A stretch of DNA of 64,000 bases, from the NCBI GenBank assembly GCA_965153455.1, contig OZ234494.1:9114001-9178000 (forward strand), read 5' to 3'. The position numbers were made by a program, and so were the translations under genes. Of the stretch, positions 12,601-25,139 are shown in pieces. The notes below the pieces were generated by a model. The model was not told the DNA's origin. It was given only the letters and a program-made list of their open reading frames with translations, and did no database searches. Origin of the DNA: Sphagnum compactum (taxonomy: Eukaryota). Numbering within the stretch: position 1 is the first letter of the stretch; each line of letters begins with the position of its first letter.

Positions 12601-15600
12601 GGTGTAAAGAGGGAAAAAAGCCCACTGAGAAAAGAAATCAATGCAACCAGACCTGCATAAGATCCAAGCCTGACTGGCTCACAAGGTTGCCTGTGTTGAG
12701 GAGGTACTCAACCTTCTTGCTTATATCTGAAGGTGGTACCCTTTCAAACATCTTCTGTACCTGGTTGACTGTGCCAATCATCTCCCCACATAAGTACCAA
12801 GATCCTGAAATCACCCCTCAAATTGCTTTGCAGAAAATTGAAAACAATTTCGCTAATCAACTTCTTCTTCCATCAGTGCCCATGAACCCTAAACCCTAAA
12901 AACCCAGTGCAGCTGAAAGACCCAAACAACACATGGTTGCTTCTAAGTATAACATGCTGCTGCTACTTACAGTCCTGGAGATCAAATTGGGCAGGTTTCT
13001 CCTTCATCTCATTGTTCAACTGTCCTTTCACTTTTGTCAACCAATCTTGCATCCTATCCTGCAGAAAGAAAAAGAAATGTTGCAGCTGCAAAATCAGCAC
13101 TTCTTCACATTGCACCAACCCCTTTCAAGACCTGCTGCTGTTGCTGCTGCCACCACCATGATGATGATGATACACAGAGATCGCTTTGAAGCTTGCATAT
13201 TGGAAAAGATGGCCTATCTTCTAACTGATCAAATCAGATACACAGATATCTATTTAAAGCTTGCAAATTGGAGAAGATGGGCTATTTGTCCAACTGATCA
13301 AAATAGGATTCAGAACACACAACAAGTGCAAACCATTTTGCATCCTCGAGATTGAACCCATTCCAATTGAGATGAGGAGGCATAACAATAGTAGTACCTT
13401 TACAACAATAGTCAGAAGATGTCCAGGTAGTAGAACCTCTTGATGCTGCAAAGCATCTGCATTGTCGGGAGCTGCTGTGCCATCTACTAGAGCAAAAAGC
13501 TTCTGTAGCATGAAGCTGCAAAATTTTCAAGGCAAACCCCCAAAAAACCAAGTACATCAAATTTTGTGGGGTACCAACCAGAAGGAAGTAAAACATCCTA
13601 CTTGTTTTCTGCACCAGCATGGGAGAGAACATCCAAAATCAAAACACTCCAATAACATAACACAGAGAAGAAGAAGAAGGAACAACCCAGCAGCACAGAA
13701 GAAGAAGAAGAAGAAGAAGAAATGGGGGGGTGTTAAGTAGCCTGTCATACATCAGCAGATTTAGCTTATCACTGGGGTTGTCTAGATGACAGAGTACAAA
13801 GTCGGCAAGAACTTTTTCGCCAACCTGATAAATCACCAACAACCAGATCCCATATCAATTTTAGGGTTTATTGCTGACAAAAGCTTATGGAAGCAGCAGC
13901 CACTGGTGGAGGGAAAATTCAGCCCTGCATAACCCATTTTAAATTCTAGCATCAGAAGTGATGCAGGGGATGCTGCCTTGACCACATCCTATACACAGCC
14001 TTTGAGTGAAAAACAAAGTACAATCAAAGAGATCAAGCTCAGAAAGGGTCCATTAAAAACCTCACAGCAGTGCAATTGCAACATTACATGGATGCATCTC
14101 AGCTTACCACAGCTGATGGTAGCTTATTGGAAACATCCATTACTGGCCGAAACCGTTCTCCTGCAGTAACAGAAAAAGGATCAATCAACGTGGGACTAAA
14201 AAACACACAAAATAGGGTTTTGAACTTGTTGGTCATTTGCTATTTGCATTGTTTGGAGGATCCATTGGCTCTTTGATGTTAACTGGTTTTCTTCATCTCG
14301 GCTCTTTTGGCTCCAAGGCAAAGGATTTTTGCACTTTTTCTTAGCGAAGATTATTCAGGTGGCAAATGCTTGTTTGTACCTAATCAAAAGTTGCCATAGA
14401 ACCAACTCAAATGCCAAGAAAGGTAATTATTGCTGAAATCACCACCCTAAACCCCAAACCCTAAACCCTAAACCTGGAACATAAGAAATTAGCATCAAGA
14501 ATGCTGAGATCGTGAAAAACAAAGGCATGTGTCAGGATCAATCAAGAACCCCCCCAACATACCAATAAATTCCAGGCACTCGTGGCGAGTGAAAAGTGCA
14601 TGACGTCGGACTTCCTCCAAAATGATTCGTGCCCGTTGACTCACAAATTGAGTGCCAACAGCACCCTTTGAGCTTTTCTTGCTTTCTTTTTGAACTGCAG
14701 TCAACCGCTCATAGATTTCCCACTCGTTTGTTTCAACTAGCGCCTGTTTTAGTAAAACCAGATCAACAATGAATGTAAGTCCCCTGTTCCCTTCCACTCC
14801 CAATCTTTCTTGCCTTAAATATCAGACCATCCCATCCTGACTTACTGAGACATTCATAAGGATCTGAGAGTGGGGTGGCGAGGGTTTTAAAATAAAATAA
14901 AATACCATGCACCTTAATCACGATTCCAATAGGGATCAGGAATTCCTGCCTGCGATGCCTGCAATAAGTTGTACCAAACCCACAGCAAGCATGCCAATGT
15001 ACACTGTCAGAGACCACAATATGATAGGGTTTAGGGTTTATGTTTCTCCTCTTCACATCCACGTGTGTTAGCAATTCACAATTTCAGGAGCTAATATGGC
15101 TAACTTCTAACCCAAGGAAAGCTTGCAGATCATCATAAAACACATATGTGGCTCTGTTTATACTTTCACGGGTAAAGATCAACACACACACAACAAAGGT
15201 AAAACTTCCTTGTGGGTGGTGGTGGTGGTCAGAGTGTAATGACGATGACTTACGAGAAGCCAAGTGTTGCGCTTCCATGCTGCAGATAGTAGACTCTGAT
15301 TGTGATTGCTGATTGATCCAGTCTTGCACACCTGGAGCACTCAAATTACATAAAGTTCAAAGGGCATGAATTTTACTTGATAACAAACCTAAATACAGAG
15401 TTCCAAGGATAACAAAAACCAAACCCTAAAGCCTAAACCTAAAAGATAAACTGAGGATAACAACCCTGAACAGCATTTTTATAGCAAAAGAGTTCCAAAC
15501 CCTCACAGATTGATAAACTTTTTGCCTTTGAACAGACAACATAAAAACCCATGTTCTATTTTACAGAAGGAAGACCAGTTTTACAAGACAACAGTAGACG

Positions 15601-17925
15601 ATCACACATTTTCAAAACTATAGTAAATATAGGAAGTATTAATAATATGAACAGAATGTGACACACAAAAGCTCAGCTAAGAGGGAGAGAGGGGAAAGAA
15701 AATGAAACCTAATCATTACTGCCTTGTCAGTGTAAGCACTCCCACGATTCTTGAATGTGTTTCTCTTCACACCAATCACCTGAAGCCAACAACCAGGTTC
15801 TCAATTCCTCTTCTGCATTTTTTCTGCATTTTCTGGACTTTCCTCAAAGTATTTGCATCTTATGATCATTGATTAGAAGCAAAAGAAAGACCTATCGGGG
15901 CACATCTGGCAGTTCTGTTCTCTTCAGGACCAACCAGAACAATAGTGACGCCACAAATTTCACTTCTTTCTCTCTTTCTGAAACAGATCCGAGCCTCCTA
16001 CTCATTCACTCAACAACAAACTGGGGCAAGGAACAGACATGGTTGCGTTTTGGCATGATCAGCAGGCGAATGACTCGCTCATTTCCATTGCAGATGAAGT
16101 ACCTGCCATCCATACCCCCACCCCAAACATCCAACAAAGCTGACTCTTAGGACAGTCACATCTGCCAACCCTCCCACCCCCCACAGCAACCACAATTGCA
16201 CATCACAGAAGCAGCACCTTGACAGATAAGACTCTGAAGAAAAGAGAAAGATTACCCTCCCATCTCCAAAGCTTCCTCCTTGACAGCAAGAAGCTGCCGC
16301 TCATCCAAACCCCGTAAATGGCACACACTGGACTGTAAAAGAAGAAACACAAAATAGAACCATGTTTGAAGTTGAAAAATCAGTGAGTGCTGCTGAAACT
16401 GAACTGATTTGAGCAACAACTTGAGTATAACCCACTGAGTTGAACAGCAGATCACAAGTAGAAAGAGGAAACATTTTTGCCATCACAAACACATACATAC
16501 ATACATACCTTAACCATGATTGGCATTTTCCCAAAAGATACATTGTGGTGTACTACAGTACTGTTGTTCCATTGCAGACAAACGTCAGCTGTGAATGCTC
16601 CTCTATAGCTCAATCCTGCCATCCGACACTGGCAACAGCAAAAACAACACCAAAAAAATCAAAACAGAAATAATAATCTAATAAGATGAGAAATTTTTCC
16701 AATTCACAGGAAGTGATGGATGGATTATTGTCATCATCATCGTCATTGGAAGTATTTATTTCCTGAAAGGCCCCACCTAACCAAGCCCCCATACCAAACC
16801 CACACAAAAATTGAATGCCACAGAAATGGGATCATCAATCCGCAGGCAGGCAGGCAGGGCATCAGCACCTGCTGCTCTGATGCAGAACTGCAAACAAATT
16901 TTCTTTCACAACAAGAAAAATGACCTAGTGTTGTTATTGTTGTTCTCTTTACCTCTGATGGGAGCAATCGCTGGTCCAATGCTTGTGAAGAATGCTCTTT
17001 CATCGGTGGGCTTATGATGGGTTTCTCAATCCACAGTGCAAACTAGTCAAGGAAAAGGAAAAAGAAAAAGAACCCTTGATGCCTGTAAGATCCCACCAGC
17101 ATCTCTCTCTCTCTCTCTCCATGTCTCTCTCTGATCATCCCATTGCAGTCATAGAGAGAATGCTCAAGGCGTGAATGCTGAAAGCAAATTGTGGCAAGAC
17201 AGACATACTGAAAGCAAAGTACAAATGCAAGTGCAAGTGATACTTAATCTGATCTCTTGAGAGGAAACACAAAAGCTAGCTGGTCTTCCACTACAGGCAA
17301 GGCAGGCAGGCAAGGCATTTTCCTAAAATTCATGAAGCACTCAATCAGGGTTTAGGGTTTAGTGTGCTTTTTCCAATCACAGACGGACTTGAAGACGAGA
17401 TCATCAGATTGCCATCTCCAACAACAATTCAACAACAAACAAACAAACAGTGGGTGGGTGTAGGGGTTAGTGAGCTTTCTTCAATCATAGACGGACTTGT
17501 AGACGAGATCATCATCAGATTGCCATTTCCAACAACAATTCAACAAACAAACAAAAAAACAGTGCGTGGGTTTAGGGTTTAGTGAGCTTTTTCCAATCAC
17601 AGACGGACTTGAAGACGAGATCGTCGTCAGATTGCCATTTCCAACAACAATTCAACAAACAAACAAACAAACAACCAACCAGTGGGCGGGGGAAGGGGAC
17701 GACAACGACGATGATGTTCAAGAGGATATTGCGCAGAGTAACGCCGGACACAGGATGCGTGACTTCCACTTGCTGTAGGCCTCGAGTCGCCATCTCCAGG
17801 CCTCTCTCTACAAAGTAATCAAAAGAGTCCACATGAGGTCTAGTGAGCTCCATCAACGAAGCAGATCCCACTTCCTCCCTTCGTAGATCCCTTGTCCCCT
17901 TCTTCCTCGCGTCCTCCCCCGCCAT
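6615..17925 (-). CDS. NRPA2: DNA-directed RNA polymerase I second-largest subunit (RPA2/RPA135), about 27 exons
   Basis: Spliced product carries [145 protein letters not shown] and C-terminal CxxC...CxxC. Pol I-type wording. First exons: 17925-17730, 17035-16953, 16628-16509, 16332-16256, 16102-16039; last exon 7031-6615. Confidence 0.96.
17036..17729 (-). other. U12-type (minor spliceosome) AT-AC intron, NRPA2 intron 1
   Basis: 5' end A|ATATCCTCT, branch site TCCTTGAC (17053-17046) about 10 nt from the 3' end TTTGCAC|. Removal gives in-frame ...[16 protein letters not shown]... Confidence 0.9.
17348..17685. repeat. Three tandem copies of a ~110-bp unit inside the U12 intron
   Basis: Unit GGTTTAGTGAGCTTTTTCCAATCACAGACGGACTTGAAGACGAGATC(ATC)AGATTGCCATTTCCAACAACAATTCAACAAAC recurs near 17350, 17465 and 17570. 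Confidence 0.92.
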
Positions 17926-18486
17926 CTTCGTCGTTCATTAAGATCCCACACGCTGATTGGATCCTCCCAGAGAACCCACAAGAAAAGCCTGATCTCCCAT
18001 CCACTACCCGAGAAAGAGAAAAAAGATGGCTCTGAGGTTCTGGGCTTTGGTGAGGGCCTAGGGTTTAGGGTTTAGTGAGCTTTTCCATAAGTTTCAGGGA
18101 TTTGACCCAACTAGTTTTATCTAGGGCTTTTAGTTTGTTGTTGGTTTCGGGTTATTGTCAGCAAGAAAAGCTTAATCTCCAATCCTCTACGCAAGAGAGG
18201 AAAAGATGGCTGGCTTATGGGCTTCAGCGAGGGCTCAAGATTTAGGGTTTAGTGAGCGTTTCCACAAGGTTCAGGGATTTTACCCAACTAGTTTTTACCT
18301 AGGGCTTTTTAGTTTGTTGAAGTTCGGATGATTTATTATTGTCAGCTCTTTTATATTATTATTAGTCTACAATTTTCGCTGCTGGATGGCGTAAACGTAG
18401 TTGCAACACACAACAAGAGAGAGAAGAATCCAAGCTGAATTCTCCACAGCAGAAGTTGTGTGAGTGTGAAGAAGAAGAATAAGAGC
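17926..18486. promoter_or_regulatory. Probable bidirectional promoter (NRPA2 / RlmN-like) with a duplicated ~185-bp module containing site II and telo-box motifs
   Basis: Divergent ATGs at 17925 (-) and 18487 (+). Two similar blocks (~17983-18162 and ~18165-18346) each contain TGGGCT followed by TAGGGTTT (telo-box AAACCCTA on the minus strand). Confidence 0.65.
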
Positions 18487-21400
18487 ATGGCAGGTTTTGT
18501 AGTTTGGAGAAGAGGAGGAGGAGGAGCAGCAGCAGCAGCTTCTTGTGTGCGTTCCGGTGTCTCTGCTTACTCTCAAGTTCCATCAGTTGCCAGACATCTC
18601 CATGTCACGATGGCAGCATCAGCAGCAGCAGCAGGAAGAAGTGCATCTTCAATCAGCCAGCAAGAGATGGTCATAGACGGGTATGTGTGCGTGTGTGTGT
18701 TTTCCTAGAGCTGTTGGGGGCCATTGTTTCCCCACCCAACATGCATCCTAAATCCTAAACCTAAACCCTCTCTTGTAGGTGAAGAATTCTCACACCTTGA
18801 TTGCTGCTGCTGCAGCAGCAGGAGGCTCCAGAGGATCTTCCTTGGATCTCTCGCTTGTAGCCTTTCTTCTTCCTTATCACAATCTTCATTTGCCTGACTT
18901 GTGTGGGTGGTGGCATGGCAAAACAGGCAAAAAACTGCTGCAGTTCTTAATCCCAAAGAAGCTCCACCTGAAAAAGTTCTTCTTCCCCTGGACAAGATTG
19001 GTAACCAAAAGAAGAGAAGCAACAGCAGCAGCTCCAAGTTCCTGCTGCTGGGCAAGTCAGAAGAAGAGCTTCAGGATCTAGCAGCTGCACATGGCGAGGT
19101 AAAAACTCATGTTGAAACCCATCCATGTCATTCGTGCTTTACAGTCTAGTTCATACAGATTCTTCCTTGTTTGCCATCTCAGATCCACAGCGTTTTTTTT
19201 CTCTCCGCCGATACAGATCTCTGTGAACGCTGATCCAAAAGGATGCACAGCTTTTTTCTCCCTATCAAAGGTATTGTATTTCTCATTTCTCTCTCTCTAT
19301 ATTTTGTGGGTTTGTTTTCTCATGTAGCGAAAGTACCGAGGAAGGCAATTGCATCAGTTGATATACAAGAACAAAGCCAAGGAAATCCAAGACTGTGCAC
19401 AATGTATGTATTCTTCCTCTTCTTCTTCTTTGTCAATCCCACGTTTAGGAAGGAAAATGTTACAGGAGAAATGGCAAATGCTTCTTAGTTTTCAGAGCTT
19501 TTCTTGTTGCAAGTGTAAAATAGGTAGGTACAGTCCTTTTGTTTCTTCTGGAATGTGTGTGGGTTCTATGTGGCATTCTATGTGGCACATGCATGACAAA
19601 ACTGTTGGAGGTGATTTACAAGAGTTTGGAATTTTTTGGCTAGTCTTTCTTTTTCTCTCTGGATTTCTTCAGAGCTTTCTCTTTCTCTAGAAATGGGAGG
19701 TTGTGGCATTGAAGGTGTGACTGCTAAAAACTTGAGAATTTGCATTTGTTGACTTGTTGCAAAAGAAACCTCACAAAGAGATGCCATTCTTTTTCTTTCT
19801 TGCTTCTCTGGATTTGACATGGTGTTTTTTTTGGTGCTGGGGTTTTGTTTTTGTGAATGAACAAACTCTGGATATGGAAATCAGTACCCAAGCTGTTTCG
19901 TGATTCTTTAGAAACAGCAGGTTGGAGCATTGGACGCGCCCCAATTCATCATGTTGCTACTTCATCAGATGGTACTGCAAAGGTTGGTTGCTTACTATTG
20001 TCTCTTTCTCAAAACTTTCTGTACAGTAAGCAAAAGACAAGTAGAAGAACAGACCTTCTTATGCTTGTTGGTATGGGAGCTGCTGAAGTCCAGCATCACA
20101 AACCCTAAACCCATTGTCACTGCTCTTCATGATGAAGAATATGAAGTCCGGTATTGTGTACTCTAAACCCTGAACCCATTGTCACTGCTATTCATGATGA
20201 AGAACATGAAGTCCGGTATTGCATACTCTAAACCCTAATCCCTAAAACCCATTGGTCACTGTTATTTGTGATGGAGAACATGAAGTCCAGCATTCCATAC
20301 TCTAAACCCTAAACCTAAAACCCCTTGGTCACAGTTATTCCTGATGGAGAACATAAAGTCCAGTATTGCAGACTCTAAACCCTAAACCTAAACCCTGTTT
20401 CAACACTATTTGTGATGAAGAAGAAGAGGAAGGTGATAATGCATCTCTAATACTTTGTTGTTGAACTTGTTATTTTGGAGATTGATTTTGCTCTGCAATT
20501 GGGTATGGAGTTCCTCTGTCACTAAGGTGATGGGTTTTTTTCTGTCTTTGTAGATATTATTGCAATTGGTGGATGATAGGCTGGTGGAAACTGTCGGGAT
20601 TCCTGTAGAAGAGACACCAGGGGCAAATCGGTTGACTGCTTGTGTCTCATCTCAGGTTTATACATCCGAGCTTCATTTCCCCTTTTCATATTCTACTTTT
20701 TCTGTGTTCTTTTTTCTCTTGCAAGTTTGCTCTATCTATTTATAAAATAGGTATGCTGTATACATCAGCAAGCTGCATGGCTTTTCTAACCACCATTCTT
20801 CTGATTGTGTATTCCAATCTACAGGTGGGTTGTCCTTTGAAGTGCACATTTTGTGCAACAGGCAAAGGCGGGTTTTTCCGCAGCCTGAAAGCTCATGAAA
20901 TTGTTGAACAGGTAAAAAGTTCAAATCCTTCAGATCCTTCCATCTGTGAAAATCCCAAGAGAGCACATTTGATCTGTGTCACAGAAAAAAAAGTCCGAAA
21001 GTTGTTGGTTGTTTTACCTTAACTTTTGCACTGCGAAACATGTGGGGGGAACAGGTGCTTGCTATAGAAGAGATGTTTAACCATCGTGTGACAAATGTAG
21101 TATTCATGGGAATGGGAGAGCCAATGCTCAATCTTACCAATGTGCTTGCTGCTCTCCGTGTTCTGAACCAGGTTTGTTTTTCTTCCAGCTCTTTTTTGAA
21201 ATGTTGTTGAACTGTTGATTCTTCAATTTTGTTTTGCTGTTGTATTTCTTACCAGGAGTTGACTGACATTTGAACTTGTTGATCCGATGGAAAACAGGAT
21301 TTGCATATAGGTCAGCGTATGATGACAATATCTACCGTTGGAGTTCCCAATACTATTGCCCGCCTTGCAACTCATAAACTGCAGTCAACTCTGGCTATCA

Positions 21401-22547
21401 GGTTAAATTTTTTTTTTTTTCCCCAGCTTGTGTACCAAGTTCTTGTCAAATATGAAGAAGAACATTTTCCTGTTTCTGATTGAGAAACAATTTTTATAAA
21501 TTGTTAATCTGAAAAAAACATCTTCAGAATTGTTTCTCTTTTTCCTGAGTTGGAGACCTAAATTGCTACAACCTGAGCATCTCCCCCCTCAGGCTGCTTT
21601 TGTTATCTGAATGTTTTCAGTATGAACCCTAAACCCTAAACCCTAAACCTCTTGCTATTGTTTTTGAGTAAGTTTGTTGTTGCTGTTGTTGCTGCCTTTC
21701 TGATTACACTCATGTGTTGTATGGTCATGTTGGCATTCTGACCAGCTTGCATGCACCCAACCAGCTGCTAAGGTCACAGATTGTTCCAAGTGCAAAGGCT
21801 TATCCACTGGAAGCACTAATGGAAGATTGCAGCCACTACTTCAAAACAACTGGCCGTCGTCTCTCTTTTGAGTACACTTTACTAGGTGGTGATTTCTTCT
21901 CTCCCCAATTGGGTTATGGGTTGGTCTGCTGCATCAGCAAAACCAACTTGGTCAGTTGCATATTTACATATTTCGAATAGAGAAAGTGTTGGGTGGCAGC
22001 AGGAGGAGCCCTTAGTTGTATACACCATGATTGGTGAAGTTCCATTCTATGTGTATATTTGCTTTGTTGTCTTTTGTGTTTTCTGTAAAGATCAGATTGG
22101 CCACGTATGCATGGTGTTGTCAAGTTGAGACAACACCCACCCACCATATGTTTGAAGTTTAGGGTTTAGGGTTTATGGCTTAGATAATATCTTTGGTTTG
22201 CAATTCTTTACATGCAAAACATCAGAAAGGGTCTTGGATAATAATCACTGCTTGCTTGGATGATGATCCCCTTGCTATGATGCAGAGGGTATCAATGATC
22301 AGAAGCATCATGCTGAGGAGCTGGCAAATTTGCTCCATCACTGGGAATTGGGGCGCCATGTGAATATCATCCCTTACAACCCTGTTGCTGATTCTGAATT
22401 TCGACGCCCACGCAAGCAAGCAGTAAGCAAAGGGAGATAGATAGACCAAAAGGGGACGGTTATCCTTTTACTGGTGGCAGTGCTGGAATTGGTTCAATAT
22501 ATGTATATATATTGTTTTTGGCTAGGTAGGTTGAATGACGTAAGATA

Positions 22548-22578
<31 letters not shown>

Positions 22579-22783
22579 GTCATCCATATTTTGCTATTGG
22601 TGATGTGAGGAGGAGACATTGATTGTTTTGCAGATATTGGAGTTTGTGGAGACTTTGGCTGCCAGGAGGGTGACAGCAAGTGTTCGACAAACTCGAGGAT
22701 TAGATGCCAATGCTGCTTGTGGGCAGTTGAGGAATGAGTTCCAAAAAGTTCCTATTAGGGTTCCCTCTGGCCCTTCAGCTTGA
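18487..22783 (+). CDS. rlmN: RlmN-like dual-specificity radical-SAM RNA methyltransferase, probably organelle-targeted, 11 exons
   Basis: Exons approx. 18487-18680, 18927-19098, 19328-19403, 19885-19982, 20554-20655, 20825-20911, 21055-21171, 21298-21401, 21746-21885, 22286-22422, 22634-22783. Motifs: [26 protein letters not shown] (CxxxCxxC), [39 protein letters not shown]. Ala/Ser-rich N-terminal extension; the exon 1-2 junction is the least certain. Confidence 0.93.
20084..20420. repeat. Intronic tandem repeat (~5 units of ~60-68 bp) with telomere-like AAACCCT tracts
   Basis: Unit GAAGTCC(A/G)G(C/T)ATT..ACTCTAAACCCT(AAACC)..CATTGTCACTG..ATGATGAAGAACAT repeated in RlmN intron 4. Confidence 0.9.
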
Positions 22784-23126
22784 GCAAACTCATAGCTCCA
22801 TTCCATTGTTCAGGGAGGGAGCTGGGCTTCAAAGCTTAACCCATCAGCTGTTCTGTATTCATGTCTGCTTTTCGCACAGGTATTTTCCTACAACCTTCCC
22901 CAAATTTAAGGGATCAGGCAAAAAAATTCTGGGCATCCTCTCCTCCATCTGAAAAAGATTTGAAGGGGATGCAAAGCTCTCAAAAATTAGTTCAGAAGTT
23001 GTGTGGGTACTCACCTCCCTTGTCTGTCATCACTTGCATTTCCATTTGTAGTCAGTGTCTTGGTAGGCCTGGAAGTCAATCTGTTCCAAATGTGGTCCCT
23101 TCAATGTGATGGAATGACTGTTGTTT

Positions 23127-23243
23127 GTCTGGTTTTTTTGTGACACAGCCTCTCTGCCTCCAGGTTTCGTCTGGTTTTGTGACATAGACTCTTCACCTCG
23201 AGATTTCGTCTGGTTTTGTGACGCAGTTCCTCTGCCTCCAGGT
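23127..23243. repeat. Three copies of a ~40-bp unit downstream of the RlmN stop
   Basis: GTCTGGTTTTGTGAC..AG..CTCT..CCTC(C/G)AG repeated three times. Confidence 0.8.
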
Positions 23244-25139
23244 CAAGGTACACACATCAGCTGGCTCTGTTAACAAGCTAATCCACACTAGTATTTCACT
23301 CTCCATTCTTGCCGTGTGGTGAAAACTCTCGATTAAGTACTATTGTCATATGTATGTACACGATTGTTCTGTTTGTTGGTGTCTGTGTGCCTCTCAGTGC
23401 GAGGTACAGAGCAATGCAGAAGCCCCTGATTAATAATATAAATTGTTGCCCAACCTAAAAGGAGGGGCAGGGTAAAATCTGACAATCTAATAATTCCAAT
23501 TTTATCTATTACTTGCATATCACAATGTGATTCTCTGTCTGCTGACTTTGGTGATCTCACATTTCCAACACAATCAACATGACTGTTGATTTTGACATGT
23601 GCTTTTCTGGCCAACAAAATGATTTTGGCTCAGCATTTTTCCACAGGATGCTGAGGCTGGTAAAAGGCATAGGAGAAACTAACACCTGCTGTTGACTGGC
23701 ATGTTTGACTTTTCTTCATCCAATTTTCTTTTGCTGGACCACATACTGAGTACTAGTGGAGCTGCTCTTAGACAGATGTTTCTGACAACATTTGAAGATC
23801 CCATCTTAAACCTAATCTATCAACATCTTGTGGCTAGATCGTTCTGCAGTCATCAAATTTTGTCACTGCAATTTGATCAAATGTTGCCCTCTTCATTTGC
23901 TCATATCATTTGTTTCGTTTCTTTCACTCTACTCCACAGAAACTTGACAATCTTAATCAGCAGCTGTGCTCAGGTATGTTTGCTAAATCTGTGTATGAAA
24001 CAAATTCCACAATCAGGCAGGCAGCAGATGATCTCTCTTACTGTCAACTAACCCCTCGTGTCACATGCCACAAGTTTCTCCCAACCCACAAGTGAAACTT
24101 TGATGGATCTTGGTGTATAAGAAAGTTTTATCAATGCCTTCTCTTACATCTTTTACTCAGACCAATAATCACATTATCTTTTTCCCACTGTTGGTTGCAT
24201 CAAAAATTAAGAATTGAGACTGTCTCCCACTTGTGCATTGTAGGTGTGTAGGTAGGTATACACAATTGTCACATTTGTTGACACTGCCTCTCAGACAGAC
24301 TGTGGAAGCATGCAAAAAGCTCTTGATTGTTCTTGTTGCATGTACACACCAAAGTTGGGTGGGTACCAATTTTGAACATACCAGTGGGGACTGGTATTGA
24401 ATCTTTGGAAATAGTCATACATTGCATGTTAATGCTATTGAATCTGAAAAAAAATTCATAACAGCATGGTAGTGGTATTAGCATCCAAAGGCTGATTTTT
24501 GGCTGAAATGTTACAAATATATATCTGGTATTGAGACTCATATAGAATTGGTATTAAACTAGTATTGCCTCAAGTGCCTGCCAGTATTGTTCTTGGTATT
24601 AAGTTTAAAATTTTTTCAATGTGTAGTAAGGGTTTAAAAAAATTTGAAATCCAATTTTTTGATACCCTTTCGGTATCAATACTTGGTTGTAGGTAAATTA
24701 ATAGTAGCAATATGAATTGGGTAAGTCAGAATTTATTTTACATAAATAACAGCTTGGATCCATGTATTAGATTTAGGGTTTTCAAAGTGTGGAAATGCTT
24801 TTTTTTTTGTGTCCTATAAAGAGAATAGAATGTTAGGATGGGTAGAATCACACAACAAGAGATAATACAAATAATATTCCACGTACAAGCATCTTGTCCA
24901 ACAAGAATTACAAGGGTGTGAGGTGTTAAAGTCTAAAATGTTGCAAGTATAAAATTTGAGTGAAAATTTGAATGCAGAAAGTAATGCATTTGTAACCCAA
25001 ATTTGTAAGTTTTACATCTTCAAACCCTGTATTCATTCTTCAAAATATCATGCTTTCTTTAGCATGATTTCATTCTCTTCCAACAAATTCTCTTGAGCTA
25101 GTTTTTGTTTGTTGCAATCATTTTATGCATTGCTATGCT

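Noticed and set aside
14446-14475. True telomere or chromosome-fusion site
   Set aside because: Only 2-4 imperfect heptamers per site, in both orientations, inside introns of intact genes.
17348-17685. Cluster of intronic C/D-box snoRNAs
   Set aside because: TGATGA is present in only some units, there is no properly placed terminal CTGA box D, and I could not identify an rRNA-complementary guide.
6615-17925. RNA polymerase II, III or IV/V second subunit
   Set aside because: Motifs such as [27 protein letters not shown] and RHMVSDK are RPA2-type.
18779-18897. Extra RlmN exon after the strong cttgtag acceptor
   Set aside because: The frame that continues into the conserved region hits TGA near 18895; the acceptor at 18926 gives a clean in-frame join.
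20084-20420. snoRNA array in the RlmN intron (ATGATGA motifs)
   Set aside because: The box C-like motif is not kept in all units and no consistent box D follows.
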